From positions 4,302 to 68,301 of the forward strand of contig JARXAQ010000248.1 of assembly GCA_029865825.1 (NCBI GenBank): 64,000 bases of DNA. Direction: 5' to 3'. The stretch comes from Rhizobium sp. GTDB lineage: Bacteria; Pseudomonadota; Alphaproteobacteria; Rhizobiales; Rhizobiaceae. Of the stretch, positions 19,040 to 29,125 are shown piece by piece (the first letter of the stretch is position 1; every line of letters starts with the position of its first letter). The translations under genes were made by a program, and so were the position numbers. The notes below the pieces were generated by a model. The model was not told the origin of the DNA. It searched no databases and saw nothing but the letters and a program-made list of their open reading frames with translations.

Positions 19040-20108
19040 TACCGGCGTGACATCTGACCCGCGCGCGCCCGGTCTCTGGGATCCCGAGACCGACAACAGG
19101 TTGGTCTGCATCGACGTTCACGATGAGACCCATGACGTCAAGAGCTTCACCCTGGCATCGCCACAGGGCAAAAGGATCTCGTTCGAGGCGGGGCAATATT
19201 TCCTCTTCGAGCCTGCGATCGACGAGGAAGAAAATGGGCGCTGCTACAGCATCTCTTCGTCGCCACTTCGGTCCAACGCGATCACGGTTACCGTCAAACG
19301 CGTGCCTGGCGGCAAGGTCTCGAACTGGCTACACGACAATCTGAAGCCGGGGATGGAATTGCCGGCGTCTGGGCCGATGGGCAAGTTCAACCGCCCGAAA
19401 GCCGGGAAATACCTGATGCTGTCAGGCGGCTCGGGCATTACCCCTGTGATGGCGATGGCGCGGGAACTGGCGGACAGGGCCGAACCCGTCGACGTGATCT
19501 TCCTGCATGCAGGGCGCTCGCCGCTCGACCTGCTGTTCCGCGAGGAGCTGTCGGTTCTGGCGCGGCGCATGAAAGGCCTGCGGCTGATCTTCCTGCCGGA
19601 GGTGCTCACCGGCGACCCCGCCTGGCCGGGCCTGAATGGTCGCATCTCGACGGCGCTTCTGGCACTCGTCGTGCCTGACATTGCCGACCGCACCATTCTC
19701 TGCTGCGGACCGGCGCCATTCATGGCGGCCGCCCGGGCGATCAGCGCGGACCTCGGGGTCTCCCCGGAGCGCTATCTGGAGGAAAGCTTCGATGCGGCCG
19801 TCATCGTTGATCTTCCTACCCCGGCAGAGACACTGGCGGTCGCCGCGACCTTCAAGGTTGAATTCGTCAAGCAGCAAAAGGTGCTGGAGGTCAGCGCCGA
19901 GCAGACAGTCTTGTCCTGCGCCAAGAAAATGGGCGTGCGCATTCCATCCTCCTGCGCCAACGGGATCTGTGGCACCTGCAAGTCGAAGCTCGTCAGCGGT
20001 GCGGTCGACATGAAGCATGATGGCGGCATCCGTCAGCGCGAGATCGAGGCTGGCTTCTTCCTCCCCTGTTGTTCGAAGCCGCTGAGCGATCTCGTGATCG
20101 ACCGATAA
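19029..20108 (+). CDS. FAD/NAD(P)H reductase with C-terminal 2Fe-2S ferredoxin (GbcB-like)
   Basis: RCYSISS, GGSGITP, CGPAPFM, ESF, CANGICGTC...C. Confidence 0.92.
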   Translation: MATDTGVTSDPRAPGLWDPETDNRLVCIDVHDETHDVKSFTLASPQGKRISFEAGQYFLFEPAIDEEENGRCYSISSSPLRSNAITVTVKRVPGGKVSNWLHDNLKPGMELPASGPMGKFNRPKAGKYLMLSGGSGITPVMAMARELADRAEPVDVIFLHAGRSPLDLLFREELSVLARRMKGLRLIFLPEVLTGDPAWPGLNGRISTALLALVVPDIADRTILCCGPAPFMAAARAISADLGVSPERYLEESFDAAVIVDLPTPAETLAVAATFKVEFVKQQKVLEVSAEQTVLSCAKKMGVRIPSSCANGICGTCKSKLVSGAVDMKHDGGIRQREIEAGFFLPCCSKPLSDLVIDR

Positions 20109-20140
20109 CGGCCTCGTTCTTCCCCGGATCCGACGCAATT

Positions 20141-20169
20141 GAAAACGCCCGCATTTCGCGGGCGTTTTC
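20141..20169. terminator. Bidirectional terminator
   Basis: GAAAACGCCCGC-ATTTC-GCGGGCGTTTTC between convergent genes. Confidence 0.75.
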
Positions 20170-20195
20170 GTGTCGGAGGTCACCGTATTGAGGTT

Positions 20196-22232
20196 CTAGA
20201 GATCCTTCACCAGCCGCAAGGCGTCGTGAATGGCGGCATGGGTGTTGCGTGCTGAAATCGCATCGCCGATCCGGAAGAGTTGGAACGCTCCCTCCGGATT
20301 GCGCAGAACGCGCTGCGGCTGGCCGGCGATGAGATCGTCATAGGAGACTTCGCCGCCATTGGAGGAAAGCCCCTTCAACTCGAAATAGAGATCGTCGAGC
20401 GGGATGGTGCCATTGTTGATGACGACCTGATCGACCAGCCGGGTCTGCTCGATGCCGCCATAATCGCTGCCGACTTTCGCCACCAATCCATTGCCCTGGC
20501 GCGCAACGGCCTCCAGCCGGAAGGTCACCGTGAAGGTCACATCCTTCTGCTGCAGCGAGCGCATGTAGGGAACGAGGTTCATGGCCATGACCTCCGGCGC
20601 AAAGGATCGGTCCGGCGTCATGATCTCGACCTTGGCTCCGGTGGCGGCGATGATCTCGGCTGCCTGCAGGCCGGAATGATCGCCGGCATCGTCGAAGACG
20701 AGCACGTTGGAGCCGGGCTTCACGTCACCCGAGATGATGTCCCAGGCGGAGACGACGAGGTCGTTGCCGTCCTCGAGCACCTCCGTATGCGCCAAGCCAC
20801 CGGTCGCGATCACGATGACATCCGGGGCCTCGGCCAACACGGTCTCTGCGTCCGCCCAGGTGTTGAAGCGGAAGGTGACGCCGAGCTTTTCGCACTGCGC
20901 CATGCGCCAGTCGATGATGCTGATCATTTCCCGGCGGCGCGGGCTTTGCGCTGTGAGACGGATCTGGCCGCCAGCCTTGTCAGCGGCCTCGAAGACCACG
21001 ACGTCGTGGCCGCGTTCACCGGCCACACGGGCTGCTTCCATGCCTGCCGGGCCGGTGCCTACAACCACGATCTTGCGACGCGTCTCCGCCTTCGGGATTT
21101 CGTGCGGCAGGGTCAGTTCCCGTCCGGTTGCCGCATTGTGGATGCAGTAGGCGGCACCGCCCTGATAGATGCGGTCGAGACAGTAGTTTGCGCCGACGCA
21201 GGGGCGAATGTCCTCTTCGCGCTTCTCCATGATCTTGCGGACGATATGGGGGTCCGTCATGTGCGCGCGCGTCATGCCGACCATGTCGACCTTGCCGGAG
21301 GCGATGGCATGACGGGCGGTCGCGACATCGGGGATCTTGGCCGCATGGAAGGTCGGGAAGTTCGTCGCGGCGCGGATTTCGCCGGCAAAATCCAGATGCG
21401 GCGAATTGGCCATGCCCTGGATCGGAATGAGGTCGGTCAGGCCGGCATCGGTGTCGATATGGCCGCGCACGACATTGAGGTAGTCGATCAGGCCGCTGTC
21501 GCGCAGCAGGCGGGAAATCTCCAGCCCTTCGGTCTTGCCGTTGCCGTGCTTCAACTGTTCGTCCGCCGTATACCGGACGCCCAGGATGAAATCCTCACCG
21601 ACCCTTTTCCGGATGGCTGAGAACACGTCAAAACAGAACTTCATCCGGTTTCCCAGCGAGCCGCCATAGGGCGCGTCGAGCTCGTTGGTCAGTGGTGACG
21701 CGAACTGGTCGATGAGGTGGCCATAGGCCTCCAGTTCGACGCCGTCCATGCCGCCGGCTTTCATGCGCTCGGCCGCGTCCGCAAAATCCTTGATGATGCG
21801 CTCGATGTCCCAGTCTTCGATCTTTTTCGGATAGGCGCGGTGGGACGGCTCGCGCAGATGCGATGGTGCCACGACCGGCAGCCAGTCTCCCTTGTCCCAG
21901 CGGGTGCGCCGTCCAAGATGGGTGAGCTGGATCATGATGGCCGAACCCGCCTCATGCACCGCGTCCGTCATCTCCCGGATCCACGGCACGATTTCGTCCT
22001 TGTATGCGAGCAGGTTGTTGAAGACCGGAGGGCTGTCCTTGGCGACGGCGGCAGAACCGGCCGTCATCGTCAGCGCCACGCCGCCCTTGGCCCGCTCAAC
22101 CGTGTAAGCGCGGTAACGCTCCTTCGGCATGCCGTCTTCCGGATACGCCGGCTCGTGCGAGGTCACGATGATCCGGTTCTTCAAGGTAAGATGCTTGAGC
22201 TGGAAGGGTTGCAGGAGGGGATCGTTGGACAT
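20196..22232 (-). CDS. stcD: NADH:flavin oxidoreductase, N-methylproline demethylase-like
   Basis: MSNDPLLQPFQLKHLTLKNRI; CVGANYC...CIHN Fe-S motif; GTGPAG; adjacent to the betaine Rieske pair. Confidence 0.8.
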   Translation of the reverse strand: MSNDPLLQPFQLKHLTLKNRIIVTSHEPAYPEDGMPKERYRAYTVERAKGGVALTMTAGSAAVAKDSPPVFNNLLAYKDEIVPWIREMTDAVHEAGSAIMIQLTHLGRRTRWDKGDWLPVVAPSHLREPSHRAYPKKIEDWDIERIIKDFADAAERMKAGGMDGVELEAYGHLIDQFASPLTNELDAPYGGSLGNRMKFCFDVFSAIRKRVGEDFILGVRYTADEQLKHGNGKTEGLEISRLLRDSGLIDYLNVVRGHIDTDAGLTDLIPIQGMANSPHLDFAGEIRAATNFPTFHAAKIPDVATARHAIASGKVDMVGMTRAHMTDPHIVRKIMEKREEDIRPCVGANYCLDRIYQGGAAYCIHNAATGRELTLPHEIPKAETRRKIVVVGTGPAGMEAARVAGERGHDVVVFEAADKAGGQIRLTAQSPRRREMISIIDWRMAQCEKLGVTFRFNTWADAETVLAEAPDVIVIATGGLAHTEVLEDGNDLVVSAWDIISGDVKPGSNVLVFDDAGDHSGLQAAEIIAATGAKVEIMTPDRSFAPEVMAMNLVPYMRSLQQKDVTFTVTFRLEAVARQGNGLVAKVGSDYGGIEQTRLVDQVVINNGTIPLDDLYFELKGLSSNGGEVSYDDLIAGQPQRVLRNPEGAFQLFRIGDAISARNTHAAIHDALRLVKDL

Positions 22233-22362
22233 GGCGCGCTCCATTCTGGGGAATGGCCGACCTTAAGCGAAAATGTACATGACTGTCAATTTAGGAGACG
22301 CAGGTGTACAGTGGCCAGGGCCCAGCGTTGCGAAGCAAGCTTGGCTGCTCTAGGAGAGGGAC

Positions 22363-23001
22363 ATGGACGAGAATTCTGGTGACACCGGCTGGCGTGGATC
22401 AAGCGATGGATGGCTGGAAGCCGCCTATGAAGCCCTGCTCGAAGGCGGCGTCGACGCGGTCAAGATCCTGCCCCTGGCCAAGCGGTTGAAGCTTTCGCGC
22501 ACCAGTTTCTACTGGTTCTTCAAAGATCGCGAGGAACTGCTGGCGGCCCTGATCGCCAGGTGGCGGGACAAGAACACTGGCAACCTGGTGCACCGCGCGG
22601 AGGCCTATGCCGAGAGCATTGCAGAGGCGACGCTCAACGTCTTCGATTGCTGGTTGGATACGGCTCTCTTCGATGCCAAATTCGAATTTGCGGTCCGCAG
22701 CTGGGCACTGCAGTCCGAAGAAATCCTGGCGGAAGTACAATCCGCAGACACTGCGCGCCTTCAGGCGCTCGGTCGTATGTTCGAACGTTTCGGTCACACG
22801 CCGGTTGCCGCAGATGTCAGAGCGAGAACTCTCTACCTCGTCCAGATCGGCTACATCTCGATGCAGACCGAAGAGGACCTTGACCTGCGTCTGCGGCGTA
22901 TTCCGGAATATGTTTCAATCTTCACCGGCATAGCGCCACAACAGCGCGAAATCGAGCGCTTCCGGTCTCGCCACAAGCCGGGCTGGTCATCTCAGGCGTG
23001 A
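22363..23001 (+). CDS. TetR/AcrR family regulator
   Basis: LAKRLKLSRTSFYWFFKDREELL HTH; divergent from stcD. Confidence 0.92.
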   Translation: MDENSGDTGWRGSSDGWLEAAYEALLEGGVDAVKILPLAKRLKLSRTSFYWFFKDREELLAALIARWRDKNTGNLVHRAEAYAESIAEATLNVFDCWLDTALFDAKFEFAVRSWALQSEEILAEVQSADTARLQALGRMFERFGHTPVAADVRARTLYLVQIGYISMQTEEDLDLRLRRIPEYVSIFTGIAPQQREIERFRSRHKPGWSSQA

Positions 23002-23311
23002 GGGATGCCTCTTGATTTCAAGGGCACTCTGGGTGCGGTGCCCTTTCAGCGACCGCTTCGAGCCTTCATTTCGGCCGTCGAGTCCATCATGGCCCTCGCG
23101 TTACGTCGCCAGTGCGCCTTCAATTCGGTAATCGACACGAAGTTGGCGAATTCCCGAAAGCCACCGGGCCGTCTGGCCGCTTGGTTCCTCCATGCCCTTC
23201 GTGCGATAGCGCCGCGGTATCGGGACCTATGGCCGCCGAACCCGCATCCCAGCAATTGTCCCGAATCGTGAGCTGGCTCGCCCTCTGGGTGAGCCACATT
23301 GAAGGCGTTCG

Positions 23312-23343
23312 TGAGGCCGCAGCATGATGATGCTGCGGCCTCA
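23312..23343 (-). terminator. Perfect 14-bp hairpin after the hydrolase gene
   Basis: TGAGGCCGCAGCAT-GATG-ATGCTGCGGCCTCA. Confidence 0.7.
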
Positions 23344-23363
23344 ATCGGCGAATATTCAGACTG

Positions 23364-24344
23364 TCACGACCGAATGAAGGCCAGGAGATCGGCGTTCAGT
23401 ACATCGGCATTGACGGTCAACATGCCGTGCGAGAAGCCAGGATAGGTCTTGAGCGTCCCGTTCTTCAGAAGCTTGATAGCCTTGTGGGCGGAGTCGGCAA
23501 TGGGAACGATCTGGTCGTCTTCGCCATGCAGGATCAGCGTCGGCAGCGTGATGGTCTTCAGGTCTTCGGTCTGATCGGTCTCAGAAAAAGCCTTGATGCC
23601 ATCATAGTGGGCCTTGGCGCTGCCCATCATGCCCTGACGCCACCAATTCTGGATCACGCCTTCCTGCACATTCGCGCCATCACGGTTGAAGCCGTAGAAG
23701 GGGCCCGCTGGGACGTCACGGAAGAATTGGGCGCGGCCTGCGGCGAGGGCGGCGCGGAAGCCGTCGAAGACCTCCATCGGCAGACCTTCCGGATTGGATG
23801 CCGTCTTCAACATGATCGGCGGAACAGCGGAAACCAGAACGGCTTTCGCGGTGCGACCGGACGGTTGACCATGGTTTGCCACGTAGCGGGCCACCTCGCC
23901 ACCACCTGTGGAGTGGCCGATATGCACGACGTTTCTCAGGTCGAGTGCCTCGACCACGGCGAAGGCGTCGGAGGCGTAGTGGTCCATATCGTGGCCGTCA
24001 GACACCTGGGCGGAGCGGCCGTGGCCGCGGCGGTCATGGGCGATGACGCGGAAGCCCTTGGAGAGGAAGAACAGCATCTGCGCATCCCAATCATCGGAAG
24101 ACAGGGGCCAGCCGTGGTGGAACATGATTGGCTGGGCGTCCTTCGGGCCCCAATCCTTGTAGAAGATGTCTACGCCGTCCTTGGTGGTAACATATGCCAT
24201 GGTCTTGTCTCCGTCGGTTGGTGTGGTGGTTGAAGCAGCGAAAGCTGCAGAGGGAAATGCGGGAAGAAGCGCGTTTGCCGCCGCCATCGTGGCTGTCGTG
24301 GTGAGAACGTTGCGACGGGTCATGGGAAGAAAGTCAGAGGTCAT
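23364..24344 (-). CDS. cpo: Non-heme chloroperoxidase-type alpha/beta hydrolase with Tat-like leader (alternative start 24200)
   Basis: FHHGWPLSSDDW, HDRRGHGRS, GHSTGGG, HGEDDQIVP, HG. Confidence 0.9.
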   Translation of the reverse strand: MTSDFLPMTRRNVLTTTATMAAANALLPAFPSAAFAASTTTPTDGDKTMAYVTTKDGVDIFYKDWGPKDAQPIMFHHGWPLSSDDWDAQMLFFLSKGFRVIAHDRRGHGRSAQVSDGHDMDHYASDAFAVVEALDLRNVVHIGHSTGGGEVARYVANHGQPSGRTAKAVLVSAVPPIMLKTASNPEGLPMEVFDGFRAALAAGRAQFFRDVPAGPFYGFNRDGANVQEGVIQNWWRQGMMGSAKAHYDGIKAFSETDQTEDLKTITLPTLILHGEDDQIVPIADSAHKAIKLLKNGTLKTYPGFSHGMLTVNADVLNADLLAFIRS

Positions 24345-24433
24345 CGGCGCGGCCCTTTGAGTTGGTTCTGATCTCATCAGGCGAGGCGTGTTCGTCTGAT
24401 GAGGAGATCATGCCGAAGTGAGTGCGTTGCGAC

Positions 24434-24474
24434 AATTGTTGGAATAGTTCCGATTTGATTGTCATTTTCGCAAT
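24434..24474 (-). promoter_or_regulatory. 41-bp regulon motif, copy 1
   Basis: AATTGTTGGAATAGTTCCGATTTGATTGTCATTTTCGCAAT; -10-like CATGAT on the minus strand at 24407-24412. Confidence 0.6.
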
Positions 24475-24583
24475 AATCAGGGATCGAAGTCGCGTCTTCG
24501 GCCTTCCCAGGGGCCAAGGCGCAACTGTAAAGCCTCGCGCTTTTGAGCGCGAGGCGAAAGACTACGGTTATGACGGGACGGGT

Positions 24584-26182
24584 TCAGACCATGCCCGGCC
24601 GCCTGATCGTCAGGAAGTGGCGTACGACCGGCTTGTCCGGACCAACGTGATAGGCAAGCACCTTGCCCTGTATATCGGCATCGGCATTGGAGACGCGCTT
24701 GTGCTGCCGCAGATGTTCCGCCCAGGATTCGACCATGAACCATTCGACAATCTTTTCCGGATCGGCGGAATCTTCCGTGACACCCCACCCATAGGCACCA
24801 TCGCGGCGGCGCTCCTCCGAGAGCTTGTCGATGGCGTGAAGGAACGCCGTACGATGATGTTTCTCGACACGGTACTCGATGAGGATCAATACGGGACCGC
24901 GATCATGGGCGACGGGTTCTGCGACCAGAGGTTCAGGCCAATGGTTGGATGGCACCATGTCCATATCGCCTGAAGGCAGCTTGACGCGATGCATGATGAG
25001 GCCTGCCGCCAGCAATCCGACGGCCCCGACCAGAAGCGTGGTGGGCACGCCCGCAGCTTCGCCGAATGCACCCCAACCCAGACTTCCCGCCGTCATCGCG
25101 CCGTTGAATACGGTCAGATAGACGGCAAGTCCCCGGCCTCGTACCCAGTTTGGCAAGATGGCCTGTGCCGCGCCATTCAACGTCGTGAGCGCAGTAATCC
25201 AGGCTCCTCCGAGAAAGAGAAGGACGAGTATGGCCACCCACTTCGGTGGCGCAAGCGACAGAGCACCCATGACAAGTGCGGTGACAACGGCAGAGCCGAG
25301 CAACAGCGCATCCGCATCGAAGCGAGTGCGAAGGCGTGGCATGACCAGGGCGCCGGCAATGGCACCGGCACCGACGGAACCGAGCAAGATGCCGTAGAAG
25401 CCAGCATCCCCGCCGAGCATCTGCCGGGCAACGAGCGGGAGAAGGGCCCAGACCGCGCTGGCAAAGGCGAAGAAAATGGCGGCGCGCAACAGCACCACAT
25501 GGAGAGGACGGCTGGCGCGGGTATAGCGAAGACCGGCCCGGAACGCCCCAAGGAAGCCCTCCGCCAGTGCATCATCGGCATTTTTGGCGCGCGGCCACCA
25601 GACAAGGGCGGCAATGACGATAAGGTAGCTCGCGACATCCACGCCATAGGTGACGCCCGCCCCGAAGGCAGCCAGCAACAGGCCGCCCGCTGCCGGACCG
25701 ATGGAGCGGGCAATATTGATACCCAGCGAGTTCAGCGCAACCGCGCTTTTCACATCTTCGCGCTTCACCAATTCCGGCACGATGGCCTGCCAGGTCGGAC
25801 CCATCAGAGCAGCACCTATGCCACCCAGGAAAGTGAGGCCGATCAGGGCGCTCACTGAGAGCAAACCCGTATTGGCGAGAACCATTAAGGTCGCGCTGAC
25901 AGAGGCCAGCAGCACTTGCACCGCGATCAGGAATTTGCGGCGGTCCAGGATGTCGGTGAGCACACCGGCAGGTATGGCGAGCAAAAAGATCGGCAAAGTC
26001 CCGGCGGCCTGCACCATGGCGACCGCAGCCGGCGAGGCGGAAAGATCGGTCATCAACCACGAGCTTGCGACATCGCGCATGAAGCTGCCGGTATTGCCGA
26101 GCACGGTTGCAGCCCAGAGCACCGCGAAAACCGGCTGATACAGCGGGGCGAATGTGCCTGTTGAGGATTTGGCGCCGCTCAT
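24584..26182 (-). CDS. MFS transporter (MFS_3/DUF894 type with soluble C-terminal domain)
   Basis: DILDRRK, NIARSIGPA; C-terminal RRRDGAYGWG...ESWAEHLRQHKR. Confidence 0.9.
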   Translation of the reverse strand: MSGAKSSTGTFAPLYQPVFAVLWAATVLGNTGSFMRDVASSWLMTDLSASPAAVAMVQAAGTLPIFLLAIPAGVLTDILDRRKFLIAVQVLLASVSATLMVLANTGLLSVSALIGLTFLGGIGAALMGPTWQAIVPELVKREDVKSAVALNSLGINIARSIGPAAGGLLLAAFGAGVTYGVDVASYLIVIAALVWWPRAKNADDALAEGFLGAFRAGLRYTRASRPLHVVLLRAAIFFAFASAVWALLPLVARQMLGGDAGFYGILLGSVGAGAIAGALVMPRLRTRFDADALLLGSAVVTALVMGALSLAPPKWVAILVLLFLGGAWITALTTLNGAAQAILPNWVRGRGLAVYLTVFNGAMTAGSLGWGAFGEAAGVPTTLLVGAVGLLAAGLIMHRVKLPSGDMDMVPSNHWPEPLVAEPVAHDRGPVLILIEYRVEKHHRTAFLHAIDKLSEERRRDGAYGWGVTEDSADPEKIVEWFMVESWAEHLRQHKRVSNADADIQGKVLAYHVGPDKPVVRHFLTIRRPGMV

Positions 26183-26619
26183 GGCTTGGATCCCTTCGCA
26201 AGATCGGAGATGGCAACGAGCACGAATGCACCGGCCAGTCCGAGATGTTCAAAAAAGGCGTTGGTCGCCATCATCCGGTCCATGCCAGGAGCGAGCTCCC
26301 AGAAGCGCAGGGCAATCAGCGTGGCCAGCAGGGTGAAGCCCGCAAGGGCGAGCGCGGCCAGCCAGCGGAAGTGGCCGGTGATGACCATGGCCGAAGCGGT
26401 GAGTTCGAACAGGATGACCACCACTGCAAATGCTGCCGGCGGGGTCAGGCCGAAATGCTCCATTTCAGCAATCGCACCCTGAAAATCAGCGATCTTGGTG
26501 AGTGGGCCCTGAATGTAAGCGGCGCAAAGGGCCACGAGGGCCAGGGTCTTCAATGCCGGCCGGGTCAGCAAGTTCCGGAAAACACCGCCATGCCGATTGG
26601 AAAGGGTAGGGGAAGACAT
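26179..26619 (-). CDS. DoxX family membrane protein
   Basis: LCAAYIQGPLTKIADF...AFFEHLGLAGAF. Confidence 0.87.
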   Translation of the reverse strand: MSSPTLSNRHGGVFRNLLTRPALKTLALVALCAAYIQGPLTKIADFQGAIAEMEHFGLTPPAAFAVVVILFELTASAMVITGHFRWLAALALAGFTLLATLIALRFWELAPGMDRMMATNAFFEHLGLAGAFVLVAISDLAKGSKP

Positions 26620-26693
26620 CACTATTTCCTCTGATCTTGAGAAACTTGAAGGGTTCTGATGGGAGGAGTGTGCAGGCGCGACGGGCGAACAAC

Positions 26694-26734
26694 AATTGCA
26701 ACAAGAATTGCGATTTTGTTGCGCTAAATGAAAT
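26694..26734 (-). promoter_or_regulatory. 41-bp regulon motif, copy 2
   Basis: AATTGCAACAAGAATTGCGATTTTGTTGCGCTAAATGAAAT. Confidence 0.72.
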
Positions 26735-26809
26735 CGTTCGGCCAGGCTCAATCAACGCATGGCGGCAGAGGTCCTCTGCCGCCGGGATCTTCCGATACGC
26801 TCGCGAAAC

Positions 26810-28687
26810 TCACACTGCCCAGCACGAGCAGCCGAGGGCACCGAAGAAGCCCTGGAGATCCTTGATGGGGAGCTTCGAGGTCCAGGCACCGGCATGATCG
26901 TGTCCATGGACATTGCAGTCACTGGCGCAGCCGCAGGAAACGATAGCCTTGCGGCGCAGGGAATGGCTGCCCGCGCCGTCCGGCTCGCCCCAGGCGGCGT
27001 AACCGCCGAATTTGCGCACCGGCGACCAGTCCGGCATGGCCGGCGGGACAGGGTTCTCATCGAGTGTCGCAAAATCACCGGCGCCGTAGACGACCTTGCC
27101 GCCAACCATGGTCAGTTCCGAGGTGAGGAACGAGATTTCGTCTTCCGCGCAAGAGAAGAAGTCCTTGTCCGGGACGATCAGGTCGGCAAACTGTCCCTTC
27201 TCGATCCGGCCTTTCTTGCCCTCTTCGTTGGAGAACCACGTGACCTTTTCCGTCCACATGCGCAGCGCCGTTTCGCGATCGAGGCAATTGGCGCGGGGAT
27301 AAAGCTGCATGCCGCCGACTGTCTTGCCGGTCACCATCCAGGAGAGTGACACCCACGGATTATAGGAGGCGACCCGTGTTGCATCCGTTCCGGCAGAGAC
27401 ATTGACACCTTTCTCCAGCATGCGGCGGATGGGCGGAGTGGCTTCCGCCACGCCATGGCCATAGCGCTCCACGAAGTACTCTCCCTGATAGGCCATGCGG
27501 TGCTGGGTCGCGATGCCGCCGCCGAGCGCGGCGATGCGGTCGATGGAGCGTTCGGAAATCGTTTCTGCGTGGTCGAAGAACCAGTTAAGCCCCTCCAGTG
27601 GAATGTCCCTGTTGACCTTCTCGAAGACGTCAAGCGCGCGGGTGATGGTCTCGTCATAGGTCGCGTGCAGACGCCAGGGCCAACGGTTCTCGGCAAGGAC
27701 GCGCACGACCTCTTCCAGCTCGCCTTCCATCTCCGGTGCCATTTCCGGCCGCGGCTGGCGGAAATCCTCGAAGTCGGCGGCGGAAAACACCAGCATCTCG
27801 CCCGCTCCGTTGTGGCGAAAATAATCGGTGCCCTGCTTGTATTTGACGGAGGCAGTCCAGTTGAGGAAGTCTTCCTTTTCCTGCTTCGGCTTCTGCGTGA
27901 AGAGGTTATAGGCAAGACGCACCGTCATCTGGCCGTCATCGGCCAGTTTCTGGATGACTTCGTAATCGTCGGGATAGTTCTGGAAGCCGCCGCCCGCATC
28001 GATGACGCCGGTGATGCCAAGACGGTTCAGTTCGCGCATGAAATGGCGGGTGGAGTTGACCTGGTAGTCGAAGGGCAGCTTTGGCCCCTTGGCCAGGGTC
28101 GAATAAAGAATGCCCGCATTGGGTTTGGCCAGCAGCATGCCGGTGGGATTGCCCTGGGCGTCGCGCGTGATTTCCCCACCCGGCGGGTTCGGTGTGTCTC
28201 GCGTATAACCGACGGCACGAAGGGCGGCGCCATTCAGCAGCGCGCGGTCATAGAGATGGAGCAGGAAGACGGGCGTCTCCGGCGCAACCGCATTAATCTC
28301 TTCAATCGTGGGCAGGCGCTTTTCGGCGAATTGATGCTCGGTGAAGCCGCCAACGACGCGCACCCATTGCGGTGCGGGTGTGATTGCCACCTGCCGTTTG
28401 AGCATGTCCATGGCGTCGGCCAGACTGCGCACGCCATCCCAGCGCAGTTCCATGTTGAAGTTCAAACCACCCCGGACGACATGGGTGTGGTTGTCGATCA
28501 GGCCGGGTAGGACGCGCTTGCCCTTGAGATCGACAATCGTCGTCTCCGGCCCGCCAAGGTCGGCGATCTCCTTGTCATCGCCCACCCGCATGAAGATTCC
28601 GTCCTTGATGGCAACGGCAGTGGCGGTGGGTTTGGTGCGGTCGAGAGTGGTGATGCGGCCATTGAGGAGGATGAGATCGGCAAACAT
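26810..28687 (-). CDS. YtcJ/NfdA-like amidohydrolase (amidohydro_3)
   Basis: PGLIDNHTH, RLHATY, DHAE, GTDA; AGGAG before ATG 28687. Confidence 0.92.
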   Translation of the reverse strand: MFADLILLNGRITTLDRTKPTATAVAIKDGIFMRVGDDKEIADLGGPETTIVDLKGKRVLPGLIDNHTHVVRGGLNFNMELRWDGVRSLADAMDMLKRQVAITPAPQWVRVVGGFTEHQFAEKRLPTIEEINAVAPETPVFLLHLYDRALLNGAALRAVGYTRDTPNPPGGEITRDAQGNPTGMLLAKPNAGILYSTLAKGPKLPFDYQVNSTRHFMRELNRLGITGVIDAGGGFQNYPDDYEVIQKLADDGQMTVRLAYNLFTQKPKQEKEDFLNWTASVKYKQGTDYFRHNGAGEMLVFSAADFEDFRQPRPEMAPEMEGELEEVVRVLAENRWPWRLHATYDETITRALDVFEKVNRDIPLEGLNWFFDHAETISERSIDRIAALGGGIATQHRMAYQGEYFVERYGHGVAEATPPIRRMLEKGVNVSAGTDATRVASYNPWVSLSWMVTGKTVGGMQLYPRANCLDRETALRMWTEKVTWFSNEEGKKGRIEKGQFADLIVPDKDFFSCAEDEISFLTSELTMVGGKVVYGAGDFATLDENPVPPAMPDWSPVRKFGGYAAWGEPDGAGSHSLRRKAIVSCGCASDCNVHGHDHAGAWTSKLPIKDLQGFFGALGCSCWAV

Positions 28688-28768
28688 GGAGGCGCTCCTG
28701 GTCATATGGATTTGGAGGATGGGCCAGGATGAGAAAACCGGTCCGGCCCTCTCTCCCTGCAGCGTAAA

Positions 28769-29056
28769 TTAGCTCTGCTGTTCTTGAGACGGCTGGCGAT
28801 CTGCAGCTTTTACGACCGCGATCTTGCCTGTGGGCAGGTGTCCGAACATATGCGGCTTGATATGGTTCAGCCAGGACACGGCTGCCGGTTCCTTGGCCCA
28901 GAGAATTTTCGCGAAGGGCACGACCTGTTCGCCCAGTAGAATGCCCAAAAGACCGACAAGGGCAATGATTGGTGGCGCGGGGGAGCGCACCTGCAAAAGG
29001 CTGTAGACGATCCCGACCAGCAGGCCTGCACCGAGAGACATTAGATAGAGTTTCAT
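28769..29056 (-). CDS. XapX/DUF1427 small membrane protein
   Basis: SLGAGLLVGIVYSLLQVRSPAPPIIALVGLLGILLGEQ. Confidence 0.88.
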   Translation of the reverse strand: MKLYLMSLGAGLLVGIVYSLLQVRSPAPPIIALVGLLGILLGEQVVPFAKILWAKEPAAVSWLNHIKPHMFGHLPTGKIAVVKAADRQPSQEQQS

Positions 29057-29125
29057 GGGGTTCTCCTCTTCGGATTGGAACGGACCGCTCCCCACAGCTT
29101 ACTGAGGAGAGCGGTCGTGCGTCTT

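Noticed and set aside
23005-23300. Overlapping 70-90 aa ORFs between tetR and cpo
   Set aside because: Lie between terminator-like hairpins; no recognisable coding signal
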